From an uncultured delta proteobacterium (GTDB taxonomy: Bacteria > Myxococcota_A > Polyangia > Polyangiales > Polyangiaceae), in assembly GCA_963716725.1 (NCBI GenBank), contig CAVQUB010000013.1:408426-472425 (forward strand): a DNA stretch of 64,000 nt, given 5' to 3'. Made by a program: the position numbers and the translations under genes. Shown one piece after another: positions 50,233-61,180 of this stretch (its first letter is position 1; every line of letters begins with the position of its first letter). The notes beneath the pieces were generated by a model. The model had not been told where the DNA came from. It made no database searches and was given only the letters and a program-made list of their open reading frames with translations.

Positions 50233-51579
50233 TCACCTGGCAGTGAGCGCGTGCGCGAGCTTCAGCATGCTCGGGAACGACAGCCCTTCGTTCTCTTCGG
50301 CCGGAGGCCGGCGGCGGCGTTGTCGCACGACGACCAGCCCTTCCGCTCCGAAGATCGCCAGGCGCTGTCCGAGGGAGCCGTCGGCGTAGAAGCCGATCGG
50401 TTGATCGGGGCGCTCCCGGCTGAGCTTTCCCCCCGACGCGATGAAAGTCGACACCGCGGAGCGATCTTTCTCGGAGAGCCGCGATCCCGCCTCGAGCCAC
50501 AACTCCTCGGCGGATCCAAAGGTCTTTCCGGCCATGGACCCGAGCGGAACGCTCTCGAGCTTGGCGAGGTTGGTCTGATCGAATTCGTGTACCACGCGCT
50601 CGTAGCGGATCCACCAGAGCAGGCCGTAGTACGGGCTCTGCTGGCTCGGCGCGTGCAACTTCGTGATGCCTTCTTTGCTGATCAGCTGCTTGTCTCCGAC
50701 TCGGCCGCCATCGAGCAACATCTGCCCAATGCGGGCCAGGTCCCGAGCATCGAGCGCTAACCCGTAGTAGGTCTGCACGTTGCCGCTGCCGTCCTTGTCC
50801 CACTGCCAGCCGCGGATCCCCAAAGGGCGAAACAGTCGCTCGTCCAAGAAGGCGTCGATGGGCTTGCCGGCGGCCTTCTCGACCACTATCGACAAGAGCT
50901 GAGTCGCCTCGTTGTTGTAGGAGAACGCCCCACCAGGCTCTGTGACGACCTTGCCGCGCAGCGCATACGCCGTGCGGTCCTTCTGCGCGTTGAGCGCCCG
51001 CGCGTCTTTGCCGTGAGCGAGGCCCGAGCTCTGGGTCAAGAGATGCCGCAGGGTGATCTTGCGCTTTTCACCTGCGCCGAACTCGGCGATGAACTTCGAG
51101 ACCGGCTCGTCCAGCGACGCGATCTTGCCGCCCTCGATCAACATGGTGACCGCGAGCGCGGTGATGCTCTTGGTGATGCTCATGGTCTCGATGGGACCGC
51201 GCCTCTGGCCGAATCGGCGCTCCGCGACCACCTGTCCATTCTTCAAGACGATCAGCGCATCGCTCTTGGTGCGTTCTGCTTCGGACACCAATTCGTCCAG
51301 AGCCTTGCCGTCGAGACCGAGCTCGAAGGCGTCACCCCTCGGGAAGAACCCCTTCGAGTCGAGGCTATCGTCGAAGAGCTGCGCGGTCGGCTTCTGGCGA
51401 GGAGCGGGCACGACAGCCGGCGCCGCGGACGCTCGAGGCTCGACGCCGGAGGGCTGCGCAGCCGCCACACTCGGCGCCGCGGACGCCGGGCACACCGGAA
51501 CCGGAGGACACTGCGGCACGGGCCGCGCGCAGCCGAGGACCAGCAGCGCGGGAGCGATCAGAGCACGGAGCTTCGCCAC
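50233..51579 (-). CDS. Serine hydrolase / beta-lactamase-family lipoprotein
   Basis: Lipobox VLGC, SITK (SxxK), LRHLLTQSSG, YNN. Confidence 0.9.
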   Translation of the reverse strand: MAKLRALIAPALLVLGCARPVPQCPPVPVCPASAAPSVAAAQPSGVEPRASAAPAVVPAPRQKPTAQLFDDSLDSKGFFPRGDAFELGLDGKALDELVSEAERTKSDALIVLKNGQVVAERRFGQRRGPIETMSITKSITALAVTMLIEGGKIASLDEPVSKFIAEFGAGEKRKITLRHLLTQSSGLAHGKDARALNAQKDRTAYALRGKVVTEPGGAFSYNNEATQLLSIVVEKAAGKPIDAFLDERLFRPLGIRGWQWDKDGSGNVQTYYGLALDARDLARIGQMLLDGGRVGDKQLISKEGITKLHAPSQQSPYYGLLWWIRYERVVHEFDQTNLAKLESVPLGSMAGKTFGSAEELWLEAGSRLSEKDRSAVSTFIASGGKLSRERPDQPIGFYADGSLGQRLAIFGAEGLVVVRQRRRRPPAEENEGLSFPSMLKLAHALTAR

Positions 51580-51684
51580 GCGACGATTGGTAGCGCAGAT
51601 CGCCCACCGCTCGAAGTCGCTCGGGGCGACCTGCCCGTTCAGGGCTGGGGGCTGGGATCCGCCCTTAGCGCGGTATGCTGACGC

Positions 51685-52269
51685 ATGCCTGGCGCACCGA
51701 CCACGACGCTACTCATCTCACTTGCCGTGGCGGTCGGGGCCTGCGGAGCGCCGCCCCCGCCGCGCGCGGCGTCGGACGAGCAAGTCGTAGAGGCCCGCGC
51801 CGCAGACGAGTCCGTCAAAGCGCGGCTCAGCGCCCTCGAAGCGCGAATGAACGACGTGGAGGCGCGCACAGCCAGGCCGGCGACGAAGGTACCGCCGCCA
51901 GAGGTGGCGACCGATCCGCCCTTGACTGGGCCGGTGCTGGTTGCCGAGCACCACTACCGCGTCCCGCGCGGGTACTTCGACCGGATGGTGAACGACCCGG
52001 AAAGCACCATGCGAGAAGTGCGCCTGGTGCCCACGACCAGTGGGGGCCGCCGGACCGGGCTGAAGCTGTCGGGGATGCGTCCGGAGTCGCGCATGGCGGC
52101 CCTTGGCTTTCAGAACGGCGATCAGCTCGAGTCTCTCAACGATCTGCCACTCGCCACTCCGGAGCAAGCGCTGGAGGCCTATGCGGCGGCGCGCAGCGCT
52201 GACAGCTTGCGGGTCCGGTTGCTACGCAATGGGCAACGTATCGAGCTGCGCTACGATCTGGTCGACTGA
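51685..52269 (+). CDS. Lipoprotein with GspC-like C-terminal PDZ domain
   Basis: Lipobox VGAC, coiled coil, GLKLSGMRPES..LGFQNGD, LRNGQ. Confidence 0.8.
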   Translation: MPGAPTTTLLISLAVAVGACGAPPPPRAASDEQVVEARAADESVKARLSALEARMNDVEARTARPATKVPPPEVATDPPLTGPVLVAEHHYRVPRGYFDRMVNDPESTMREVRLVPTTSGGRRTGLKLSGMRPESRMAALGFQNGDQLESLNDLPLATPEQALEAYAAARSADSLRVRLLRNGQRIELRYDLVD

Positions 52270-52291
52270 GCGGAGCCAGCCGTCCTGCAGC

Positions 52292-53407
52292 TCACTTCGG
52301 CGGCGCCAGCTTGGTCGCACAGCCGAACTCGATGTCGATCTGGCCTGCGTTGTCGCTCTGGATGGCCTGGCAGGTGTTGGGGCAGACCAAGACCGCTCCC
52401 GGATCGTTCTCGTTGTCGAAGTGCCAGCCGCCCTCGGGGCCACACGCGGCGGCGGATTCGACCTTGCTGAAGGTCGTCGCCTGCCCGTTGCCTCCAGTGA
52501 ACAGCACGTTGACCTTCTGCGGGTCGAAGATCTCCCCCGCCGGAGCCGGTGGGATCTGCCAACCGCAGCTGAGCGTGCTCGACTCCACCACTCCGGCCGC
52601 GAGCTTGTCGAACACGGGCTTGAAGTCCTGGTGGCAGAGGTCCCCGGCCACACCTTGAGTCTGCTGCACGAGCTCTTGGTAGACCGTGCCCGGCTGGGCA
52701 GCGCTCGGGCACTTGCTGAAGCAGAAGATCCCGTAGAGCTTCCACATGCCCGGGCTGATCACGTCCGGATCGAGCGCGTTCATCTGCTGGGTGAAGGCCG
52801 CGGCGGGCAACTGCGAGGTGTCGTCCGTCACCACCGTCAGGATCTTCATCGACCCCGGCCGGAGCGACCCTTTGTAGCTCGGGTACGCCTCCAGGATCAT
52901 CTGAAGGGAGTTCAGGCTCCCGACGGGGTTGAACACGTGCTGGAAGGCCGGCGCCTTGTTGTCGTTGGGGCACTTTCCAGAGCCGAGGGGCGCGTCGATG
53001 CAGATGCCCACCGGAGGCTTGTTCGGGAACGTCGACGGCGCGTAGGGCTCGGCGATGAGCACGATGCGCACGTCCACGCCCGCTGCCGTGATCTGCTGCG
53101 AAAACTGGTTCATGTTCTGGCGCACGGCCTCGGTCTCGGCGGCCATGCTGCCCGAGGTGTCGATGGTCCAGACCACGTCGACGGGCACGACCGCGTGGCT
53201 GGCCTTCTGACTCACGCCCGCACACTCGCCGCCGCTCGCGCCGTAGCCGCCGGCGTTGCCGCCGCCGCCGTAGCCGCCGACGTTCAGGGAGCCGCCCACT
53301 CCGGTGAGCGACCCGCGCTCACCGGCCGACTCGGGGACCGCAGAGCAGCCGAGCGATATTCCGAGCCCGACCGCCAGCACTCCGAGTTTGCACGGTGTAG
53401 TACGCAT
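52292..53407 (-). CDS. VWA-domain Cys-containing lipoprotein
   Basis: Lipobox SLGC, MIDAS-like DTSGSM, VVTDD. Confidence 0.82.
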   Translation of the reverse strand: MRTTPCKLGVLAVGLGISLGCSAVPESAGERGSLTGVGGSLNVGGYGGGGNAGGYGASGGECAGVSQKASHAVVPVDVVWTIDTSGSMAAETEAVRQNMNQFSQQITAAGVDVRIVLIAEPYAPSTFPNKPPVGICIDAPLGSGKCPNDNKAPAFQHVFNPVGSLNSLQMILEAYPSYKGSLRPGSMKILTVVTDDTSQLPAAAFTQQMNALDPDVISPGMWKLYGIFCFSKCPSAAQPGTVYQELVQQTQGVAGDLCHQDFKPVFDKLAAGVVESSTLSCGWQIPPAPAGEIFDPQKVNVLFTGGNGQATTFSKVESAAACGPEGGWHFDNENDPGAVLVCPNTCQAIQSDNAGQIDIEFGCATKLAPPK

Positions 53408-53506
53408 GGCGGTGGTGTCTGAAAGACACGCGCCGCCGACGCGTTTGCAGGGTTCCTTGACGAATCGCCCTAGGAGCGGTCCGCCGGGGCTCGGGACGAC
53501 CCCGCC

Positions 53507-54671
53507 TCAGTGCCCGTGACCGTCGTCTTCGCCCATGCCCGGCGGCATGCCCATGCCCGGCGGCATGCCCATGCCCGGCGGCATGCCCATGCCCGGCGGC
53601 ATGCCCATGCCCGGCGGCTCTGCGCCAGCGTCGCCCTTCTTGGGATCGGGCTTCTGGAACTTGTCGACCTTGCCGAGGGCCCAGTCCGCGGCCCAGGAGC
53701 CCACGCTGATGGTCTCGGTCGAGCCGTCGACCTTGGCCCATCGGCTCGAGCCCTCGGCCGTCTTGCCGATGTGCAAGATCCGCTTGGCGCCGTCTTCGAG
53801 CGTGATGGTGATGGTCGCCGCCGGCTTGTCGAGGCCGGTGTCCGCGTCGGTCTTGCCTTCGGCGAAGTTGTCGGCGTTCAGGCCCTTGTAGGCGCGGATC
53901 GCGTCCTTGATCTTGGCGTCGTCGAAGCGCGCGATGGCGCTCGAAGCCGGGTCCTTGGCGCCCTTGAACTTGCCGCTCCACTTGGCGTCTTTCGCGCCAG
54001 CGTCGCCCTCGGCCTTGCCCGACACCGCAAAGGTGAACGTTCCGTTCTCGTTCGTGATGTCGACGGACTTGACCTTCTCCTCTTCGAACTTGAAGACGGT
54101 GCGATCGCGCCAGTCTTTGAGCTCTCGATCGTAGAGGAAGCTGGAGTAACCCTTGAGCGAGTACACGCCATCGCGACCAGCGACGCGAGCCATCTGGCCA
54201 CGAGAGCCGCTGTCGCCGAGCCAGAGTTCCGTCACCTTGTCGGCGCCCTTGAAGAAGGTCGCGTGAATGGCCTTGCCGTCCGCCACCCCGAACTTGTCGT
54301 AGCCCGACGCGGAAGGATCGATGGCTTCGGTGATCTTCAGGGTCTTCAGGTTGCCCAGCAGGCTGGTCACGTTGGTCTGGTTGGCCGCGGCCGGCAGCGG
54401 CGCGGTGACCTGCCAGGTATCGCCCTTCTTCTCCAAGGTCACGTCCACGCCGGGGCCGGCGTCGCCGGGGGGCTTGCGAGAGCACGATCTTGTCGATGGT
54501 CTTGGTCTGCTCTTCGCTGATTTCGAGCTTGGGCAGGTCGGCGGAACGCTTCTCGGCCGTGTAGGTCGCGGCCTCCTCGTTCTGCTTCTTGTTCTGGTAG
54601 TACACAGCTCCGCCGAGCCCCGCGAGGACGGCGACGGCAATGAGCAACTTGTTTTCGGTAGTGAGCGCCAT
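53507..54671 (-). CDS. DUF4340-domain protein; apparent frameshift at the G6 run 54467-54472
   Basis: The N-terminal TM part (ORF 53319..54674) joins ORF 53507..54640 carrying WRDRTVF and GLDKP motifs; follows GldG-like gene. Confidence 0.8.
53534..53617. repeat. 18-bp tandem repeat (about 4.5 copies) encoding PPGMGM
   Basis: atgcccggcggcatgccc repeated. Confidence 0.9.
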
Positions 54672-54687
54672 CACGGACCTCTAAATC

Positions 54688-56530
54688 TCAGATCTTCCTC
54701 TGGGCCCGCTTGCCTTCGCGGAAGCGCCAGCGACCGATGCCAAAAAGCGCGAACAAGATCGGGCACGCCCAGGGTCAACGACCACTGGACCTTCTGCTGC
54801 ACCGCCTTGCGACCGTTGCGGTACTCTTCGTCCTTCTTCTTGATCGCGGCTTCGTCGTCTTCGGCTGCGATCTTCGGCTTGCCGACGCTCGAGTAAGTGA
54901 GGTTCGGCTCGGAAAGCAGCTTGGCGCTCGCGGCGAGCAGGTCGGCGTCGCCGCTGATCCAGTCCAGGGTGTTCTTGACGCTCAGGATCGTCCCGGTGAG
55001 GTAATCGCGAGCGTAGGGCTGGGCGATCATCTGCAGCTGCTGGTCGCCACCCACGGCGCCCATCATCGCGAACTGCCCGCCCAGATCTGGCCCGTTGCCG
55101 GCATAGGCGAAGGGATTGGTCAGGAACAAGCCCGACGCGATCAGGAGCACCCGCGAGGGCTCCGGGGAGCGCTCGTTCACCGTCACGCCCTCGGCCGAGC
55201 CCAGGGCGCTCTTCAGCTTGCCCTCGGCCACCGCGGCCAGGATGTGCTGCGCGTAGGGCGGCTTGGGGGTCCACTCGGGGCGCAGCTTCATGTCGACGTT
55301 TTCACCCGTGACCACGCTGGCAGCGGGCGTCGAGCGCGCCACCGCGTAGAGCTTGACGTCCTCGGGCTGTTTGTCGCGCATCAGCTCGATGCTCGACGGG
55401 AAGGGCAGCGCCACCTGGTCCATGCGGAAGAAGCCAGCGAAGCCGGTGTCGAGCAGCTTCTCGTCGCCCTCGAAGCGAGGGTCGTTGATCACGTGCGCGA
55501 TGCCGGGGTGGCGGATCGAGCTCACGCCGCCCGTCGCCGTCATCACCCCGAGACGGAACTGCGCGCCGAAGTCCAGCACGGCGTTCTTCTGCACGTTGAA
55601 GCCGTAGCCCAAGAGCAGCTTGTCGAGGCCGTGCCACGACAGCGTCGCCTCCATCTTGGGATCTTGGGGCTTCAGCGAGACGGCGGAGGCATAGACCACC
55701 AGGGCCTTGTTCCCGCGCATCAGGAACTGATCGACCCGGCGCAGCTCCTTCTCGGTGTAGTCCTTGCGCGGCTGGGTGATGATGATCCCGTCCAGCGCCG
55801 CGTCGATCTCGGTCTCGCCGTCCTTCAGGTCGACGGTCTCGAGCTCGTAGAACGGAAAGGCCTGCTCCAAGATGCTCTGGATGCTCGGCGCCGCGCCCTT
55901 GCCCTGCCGCGGGACCAGGTTCGGATCCGTCAGCTTGAGCTCGTCTTTGCCCGTGATGACGCCGACCTTGTGCTTGATGTTCTCGGCCTTGTCGCGGATT
56001 TCCCGGATCTTGTTGGTGATCCAGAACTCGAGACCCTCGGCCCGGTTCGGGGCGAGCTGCGGGATGACTCCCTTCTCGCTGCCGTACTTGAACACCAGCC
56101 CCATGTAGCCCTGGGCGATGCTGGCCTGATCGTCTCCGGTGGCGCTGGTCTCACCGAAGGCCATCTCTTGCAGCCCCGCCTCCTTGGCGGCCTCGCGCTG
56201 CTCGTCGGTCTTGGCCTCGACCAAGGTGAACTTGAACTTGCCCTTGCTGGACCGCTCGTACTCTTTGAGCAGATCGGTCAGATCACGCACGAAGGCGTCG
56301 ACCTGGGCCAGGCCCTTGGTGACGTAGGCCTCGACCTCGATGGGGCTGTTCAGGTTGGCCACCAACCGGCCACTGCCCTCGCTCAGGGTGTAACGCTTGG
56401 TATCGGTGCGATCCCAGCGTTTGTTCATGCCCACGCTGAGCACGTTTGCCGCGATCGCGATGGCGAGCAGCACGACGAGGTAAAGCCCGGTCTGGGCAGC
56501 AGCTTTTCGCTTCTGGTCTTGCGTCGCCAT
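54688..56530 (-). CDS. GldG-like ABC transporter auxiliary component; apparent frameshift near 54762
   Basis: WDRTDTKRYTLSEGS, DQFLMRG, NTLDW; the shifted frame restores the final TM helix ILFALFGIGRWRFREGKRAQRKI* ending at 54688. Confidence 0.85.
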
Positions 56531-56531
56531 G

Positions 56532-57266
56532 TCACGCCCACTTGCGGCGCTCGAGCGCCCGGAAAGCGACCACCAACGCGATGACGGTGATCGAAACGAA
56601 GAACACTACGTCGCGGGTGTCGATCAGGCCGCGACTGAAGCCCTGGAGCCTCGACTGGAAGCTCACGTACGCGAGCACGCTGCCGAGCATGCCCGGCTGG
56701 GTCTCGGCGGCCGTGCCCAAGAACCAGAGCAGCACCAGCACGAAGAAGGTGATGAAGAAGGCGACCGCCTGGCTCTCGGTCAGCGCGCTGATCAAGAGGC
56801 CAATGGCCGTGGCCGCGGCGCTGAACAGGATCAGGCCGAGGTACCCGGTCATGATCGGTCCGTAGTCGAGAGAGCCGAGCACCCAGGGGAACTTGAACAT
56901 GCCGATGGGGTAGGCCAGCGTCGCCAAGACCAAGATCAGCACCAGCCCCAGCGCACCGAAGTACTTGCCGAGGATCACGTCGCTGTCTTTCACCGGCAGG
57001 GTGATCAGCATCTCGAGGGTGCCGCTGCGCTTCTCTTCGGCGACCAGGCGCATCGTCACGACCGGCACCACCAGGCACGACAGCCCGAAGGGCACGTAGT
57101 CGAACATGGTCTGAAGGCTGGCGCGATCGACCTGCCAGAAGCCGCCGCGATACATGAAGAACATCAGGCCGAGCGCAAGAAAGCTCAGACAGATGACCAC
57201 ATACGCGAGGGGCGAGTCGAAGTAAGACCGGAACTCGCGCCGGGCAATCGTAATCATTGCCGACAT
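56532..57266 (-). CDS. ABC-2 permease (GldF-like)
   Basis: IARREFRSYFDSPLAY, TMRLVAEEKRSGTLEML, RGLIDTRD. Confidence 0.92.
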   Translation of the reverse strand: MSAMITIARREFRSYFDSPLAYVVICLSFLALGLMFFMYRGGFWQVDRASLQTMFDYVPFGLSCLVVPVVTMRLVAEEKRSGTLEMLITLPVKDSDVILGKYFGALGLVLILVLATLAYPIGMFKFPWVLGSLDYGPIMTGYLGLILFSAAATAIGLLISALTESQAVAFFITFFVLVLLWFLGTAAETQPGMLGSVLAYVSFQSRLQGFSRGLIDTRDVVFFVSITVIALVVAFRALERRKWA

Positions 57267-57268
57267 GG

Positions 57269-58461
57269 CTACTTCTTCTTCCTCTCCGAGGGCTGGTCGT
57301 CGCCCTCGTCGTCGTCATCGTCATCGTCCGATTCGTCGTCGTCCGATTCGTCGTCGTCCGACTCGTCGTCGTCCGACTCGTCCGACTCGTCCTGTTCGTC
57401 TTCGTCGTCAGACTCATCCTCGTCGGACTCGTCTTCGTCTTCGTCCTCGTCGGCTCGTCTTCCCAGTCCTGGCCGCGGTCGGCTCGCTCGTCGCCGCGCG
57501 TGAGGTCGCGGAACACCACGTCGAGGCTCTGCGCGTCTCGGCGAAGCTCGAGCAAGGTCCAGTTCTTGGCGACGATGAGCCGGAAGATCTCTGCGCGAAG
57601 ATCCGAGTCCTGCGCACCCGACAGCTCGAACTTGTGCGCGGTCTCGTCGGTGGGTAGCTCGCGGATGGCCGACGCCCCGCCCAGCCGGCCCAGCGCCTCT
57701 TCGATCTCGATGGCCTTGGGCGGCTTGTTTCCGGCCTCGGCCCGCGTCTCGTCGACGGTGACCACGTAGCGAACTCGGCCCGTCTTGGCGCGGATGTCGT
57801 CGAGCTGACCGTCGGCCACCACGCGCCCTTTGCTGACGATGATGGCGCGGGCGCAGGCTTCCTCGACCTCGGCCAGGTTGTGAGTACTGAGGAGGATCGT
57901 GCGGTCCTTGCCGATCTCCTTGATGTACTTGATGACCTCGGCCTTCTCGTTCGGGTCGAGGTCGCTGGTGGGCTCGTCCAGGATCAGGATCGGCGGGTCG
58001 TGGATCAGCGCCTGCCCGAGGCCGACGCGCTGACGATAGCCGTGGGAGAGCGTGGAGATGTTCTTGCCCAGCGACTGAGCGAGACCGCAGACCTCGACCA
58101 CCTTCTTGAGGCGCTTCTTGAAGGTGCCTTCGTCGAGCCCGCGGATCTGCGAAGCGAACTGCAGGTACTCGTACACGTTCATGTCCGTGTAGAGCGGCGC
58201 GCGCTGCGGCAGGTAGCCGATGGTCTTGCGAACCGCGAGCGATTCGTCGAAGACGTCGTGCCCGTGCACCTTGGCCGTGCCCGTGGACGGCGAGATGAAG
58301 CAGGTCAGGATGCGCATCGTGGTGGACTTGCCGGCCCCGTTCGGACCGAGAAAGCCCACGACTTCGCCGCGCCGAACCTCGAAGCTCACCTTGTCGAGGG
58401 CGCGGGTACTCCCGAAGCGCTTGCTGAGCGCGTTCGCAGAGATCATCACGTCGGTTGTCAT
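57269..58461 (-). CDS. ABC ATP-binding protein (GldA-like) with long Asp/Glu tail; apparent frameshift near 57455
   Basis: GPNGAGKST, LSHGYRQR, ILDEPT; the shifted frame gives DEDEDEDESD...DDEGDDQPSERKKK*. Confidence 0.88.
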
Positions 58462-58549
58462 CCGAGCTCCAAAGAATCGAGGGGCTATCCCTCAGGGGTG
58501 AAGTGAATACCGAGACTCGGCAGGGCTGCCGGCCGGCTCGGGTCGCGGC

Positions 58550-58577
58550 ATCCTAGCGACGACGCGATCCAAGTCAA
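58550..58577 (-). promoter_or_regulatory. Putative sigma70 promoter of the ABC operon
   Basis: Minus strand TTGACT, 16 bp spacer, TAGGAT. Confidence 0.5.
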
Positions 58578-58756
58578 CAAGCCGGATCAACCGCTCCCGA
58601 CGGCACGGAAACCGCTCACAACGCCGGGTATTCCCGGGGGCGGGCGGACGCCGGAGGACGCCGCATGCGCTCGCCCAGGGCCCGGCGCGACAATTCGGGG
58701 CCCTGTCGCGGGGGAAAGCGTTTGCGGCTGCGCGCGGCCACGGCCAACATTGGCCG

Positions 58757-60424
58757 ATGCTGGATAGAGCGGCGTTGGGATTCAGCGTGTCGCTCTGCGC
58801 ACTCGCTCTTGCTTGCAGCGGCACCGAGGGTGGTGGCTCCGAGCCCCCGACCGGGTCGGGTGGCAGTGCCGGCTCCGGCGCGACGACCAGCGGAGGCAGC
58901 GCGGGCGCGGGCGCGACGACCAGCGGAGGCGCGGCGGGCTCCGGTTCATCCGCGAGTGGGGGCACCGCTGGTGCGGGCGCGACCGCCGGCTCGGGAGGCA
59001 GCGCGGGCGCGGGCGCGACCGGAGGCAACGCGGGCAGCTCGGGCAGCGGCGGCGGAGCTACCGGGCCGCTGCGCGCGTTTCCGGGCGCCGAGGGCTTCGG
59101 CGCAAACTCCAAGGGCGGCCGCGGCGGCGACGTCTACCACGTGACCACCCTGGCCGACAGCGGCGCGGGCTCGCTGCGACAAGGCATCACCTCCGCAACC
59201 GGACCGCGCACCATCGTTTTCGAAGTGGGCGGAGAGATCAAGCTGAAGTCTCGACTGATCATCAACAAGAAGAACATCACCATCGCCGGCCAGACCGCGC
59301 CGGGCGACGGCATCACGATCCGCGATCGCAGCGTCGACATCGCCAACGCCCAGGACATCGTGATCCGCTACCTGCGCATGCGCCGCGGCGACGCGGACAT
59401 CCTCGCCAGCGGAAAGCCCACCGGATCCATCGGCCTCGACACGGTGTCCATCGACGACTCCAAGAACGTGATCCTGGACCACGTGTCCGTGTCGTGGAGC
59501 TGCGACGAGCTCTTCGGCGTCGTGCAAAACGAGAACGTGACCATCCAGTGGGCGCTGATGGCCGAGCCGCTCGGCGATCCGAAGCTGCACCCCTACGGCG
59601 ATCAGCACGCCTACGGCCTGAATTTGAGCGCGAATACCCTGAGCTTGCACCACTCGCTCTTGGCCAACTACGTGATGCGCGGCCCGCAGTTCGAGGCCAA
59701 CGACGCGAGCAATGGCCAGGGCTACCAGGTGGCGATGGAGGCCGTGAACAACGTCTTCTTCGACTACGAGAGCTCGGGCTCGCGCTACACCGCCGGCATC
59801 GAGACCAACCCCAGCGCGGCCAGCAAAATCAACTTCTTCTTCCACTTCCGGAAGAACCAGTACCTGAACCCGAACGGCGCGCGGGCGGAGATCCACGCCG
59901 AGATGAAGCACGGCGTGACGAATCAAGTGAAGGTGCACGTCGCGGGCAACATCGGGCCCAATCGCCCCACGGACACCGGCGACGAGTGGAAGATCGTCTG
60001 GACCAGCAACGCGGATCCGACCGACGTCATCACCAAGGCGGCCGCCAACGTGAAGGCCCAGATGTCGCAGACGCCGCTGTTCACGCCGCCGATCCCCGTG
60101 ACGGAGCAGTCCGCCGCAGATGCGTACACCAGCGTGCTCGCGCAGGCGGGCGTCTGGAAGAAGCGTGACGCGGTGGACGCGCGGATCGTGAAGAACGTGG
60201 TCGACCGCAAGTGGAGCGCGTATCTGCACTCGCAGAGCGCCGTCGGCGGCTTCCCGCCCATCGGCGGCGGCACGCCGGTCGCCGACGGCGATCGAGATGG
60301 CATGGCCGACAGCTGGGAGCTGGCCAACGGGCTGAACCCGGCCGACGCGAAGGATCGAAACGGCGATCCCGACAACGACGGCTACACGAATATGGAAGAG
60401 TACCTCGCCGAGTTGGCGAAGTAG
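58757..60424 (+). CDS. Pectate lyase (PL1-like) lipoprotein with Gly/Ser/Ala linker
   Basis: Lipobox ALAC, AFPGAEGFG..GGRGG, IAGQTAPG, DHVSVSWSCDE, DGDRDGMADSWE. Confidence 0.9.
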   Translation: MLDRAALGFSVSLCALALACSGTEGGGSEPPTGSGGSAGSGATTSGGSAGAGATTSGGAAGSGSSASGGTAGAGATAGSGGSAGAGATGGNAGSSGSGGGATGPLRAFPGAEGFGANSKGGRGGDVYHVTTLADSGAGSLRQGITSATGPRTIVFEVGGEIKLKSRLIINKKNITIAGQTAPGDGITIRDRSVDIANAQDIVIRYLRMRRGDADILASGKPTGSIGLDTVSIDDSKNVILDHVSVSWSCDELFGVVQNENVTIQWALMAEPLGDPKLHPYGDQHAYGLNLSANTLSLHHSLLANYVMRGPQFEANDASNGQGYQVAMEAVNNVFFDYESSGSRYTAGIETNPSAASKINFFFHFRKNQYLNPNGARAEIHAEMKHGVTNQVKVHVAGNIGPNRPTDTGDEWKIVWTSNADPTDVITKAAANVKAQMSQTPLFTPPIPVTEQSAADAYTSVLAQAGVWKKRDAVDARIVKNVVDRKWSAYLHSQSAVGGFPPIGGGTPVADGDRDGMADSWELANGLNPADAKDRNGDPDNDGYTNMEEYLAELAK

Positions 60425-60436
60425 CGAGCCCCCCGC

Positions 60437-61180
60437 TCAGCTCACGCGGTAGCCGGTCACCAGGGCCTGGGCCAAGAGACCCCAGCCGTCGATGGCGACG
60501 AAGAGCAAGAGCTTGAAGGGCAGGCTCACCTGAGTCGGGTTCATCATCTGCATGCCCAGCGCCAGGAGCACGTTGGACACCACCAGATCGATGATCAGAA
60601 AGGGCAAGTAGATGGCGAAGCCCATGGCAAAAGCCTCGATCAACTCCGTCACCACGAAGGCCGGGATCACGATCACCAGATCGTATCGCCCGACGTCTTT
60701 GCGCTCCGGCTCGGGCCGCGCGGCCTTGGCGATCTCGTAGAAGCGCGTCAGCTCGCGCTCCGAAGCGTTGGCCCTCAAGAAGTCGCGCAGCGGCTCCCTC
60801 GTGGCGTCAATGGCGCCCTTCACGAACGCGGTGGTGTCGGCCACCTTGTCGCCCTCGAGGAGCGGCTTGGCGCGATCGTGGATGCGTGATCCCACCGGCG
60901 CCATGGCGAGCAAGGTGAGCGCGCCCGCCAGGGCCATGATCACCGTGTTCGAGGGGACGTTCTGAGCCCCGATGGCGCCGCGCACGATCTGCAGCACCGT
61001 CGAGATCTTCACGAAGGCGGTCAGGGTCATGAACGCAAACGGCAAGAGCGAGACCAACGCCAGCGCGATGACGAGCGCCAGCGGACGCCCGAGCAGGTCG
61101 TCGGGCGCCGGATCGCGCCCCTGAGCAAAGGCCAAGGTCGGCGCGAAGAATACCAGCGCAGCCAGCGCGAATCGTCTCAC
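60437..61180 (-). CDS. Type III export gate protein FliP/SctR
   Basis: TAFVKISTVL..RGAIGAQNVPSN, PAFVVTEL..AF..GF.IYLPFLIIDLVVSNVLLALGMQMM.P..SLPFKLLLFV.DGW. Confidence 0.95.
   Translation of the reverse strand: MRRFALAALVFFAPTLAFAQGRDPAPDDLLGRPLALVIALALVSLLPFAFMTLTAFVKISTVLQIVRGAIGAQNVPSNTVIMALAGALTLLAMAPVGSRIHDRAKPLLEGDKVADTTAFVKGAIDATREPLRDFLRANASERELTRFYEIAKAARPEPERKDVGRYDLVIVIPAFVVTELIEAFAMGFAIYLPFLIIDLVVSNVLLALGMQMMNPTQVSLPFKLLLFVAIDGWGLLAQALVTGYRVS

Noticed and set aside
53534..53617. Short tandem repeats (also 11293-11362, 41300-41480, 57300-57450, 58860-59060) as CRISPR or VNTR systems
   Set aside because: No spacers; unit lengths are multiples of three and encode low-complexity protein linkers.
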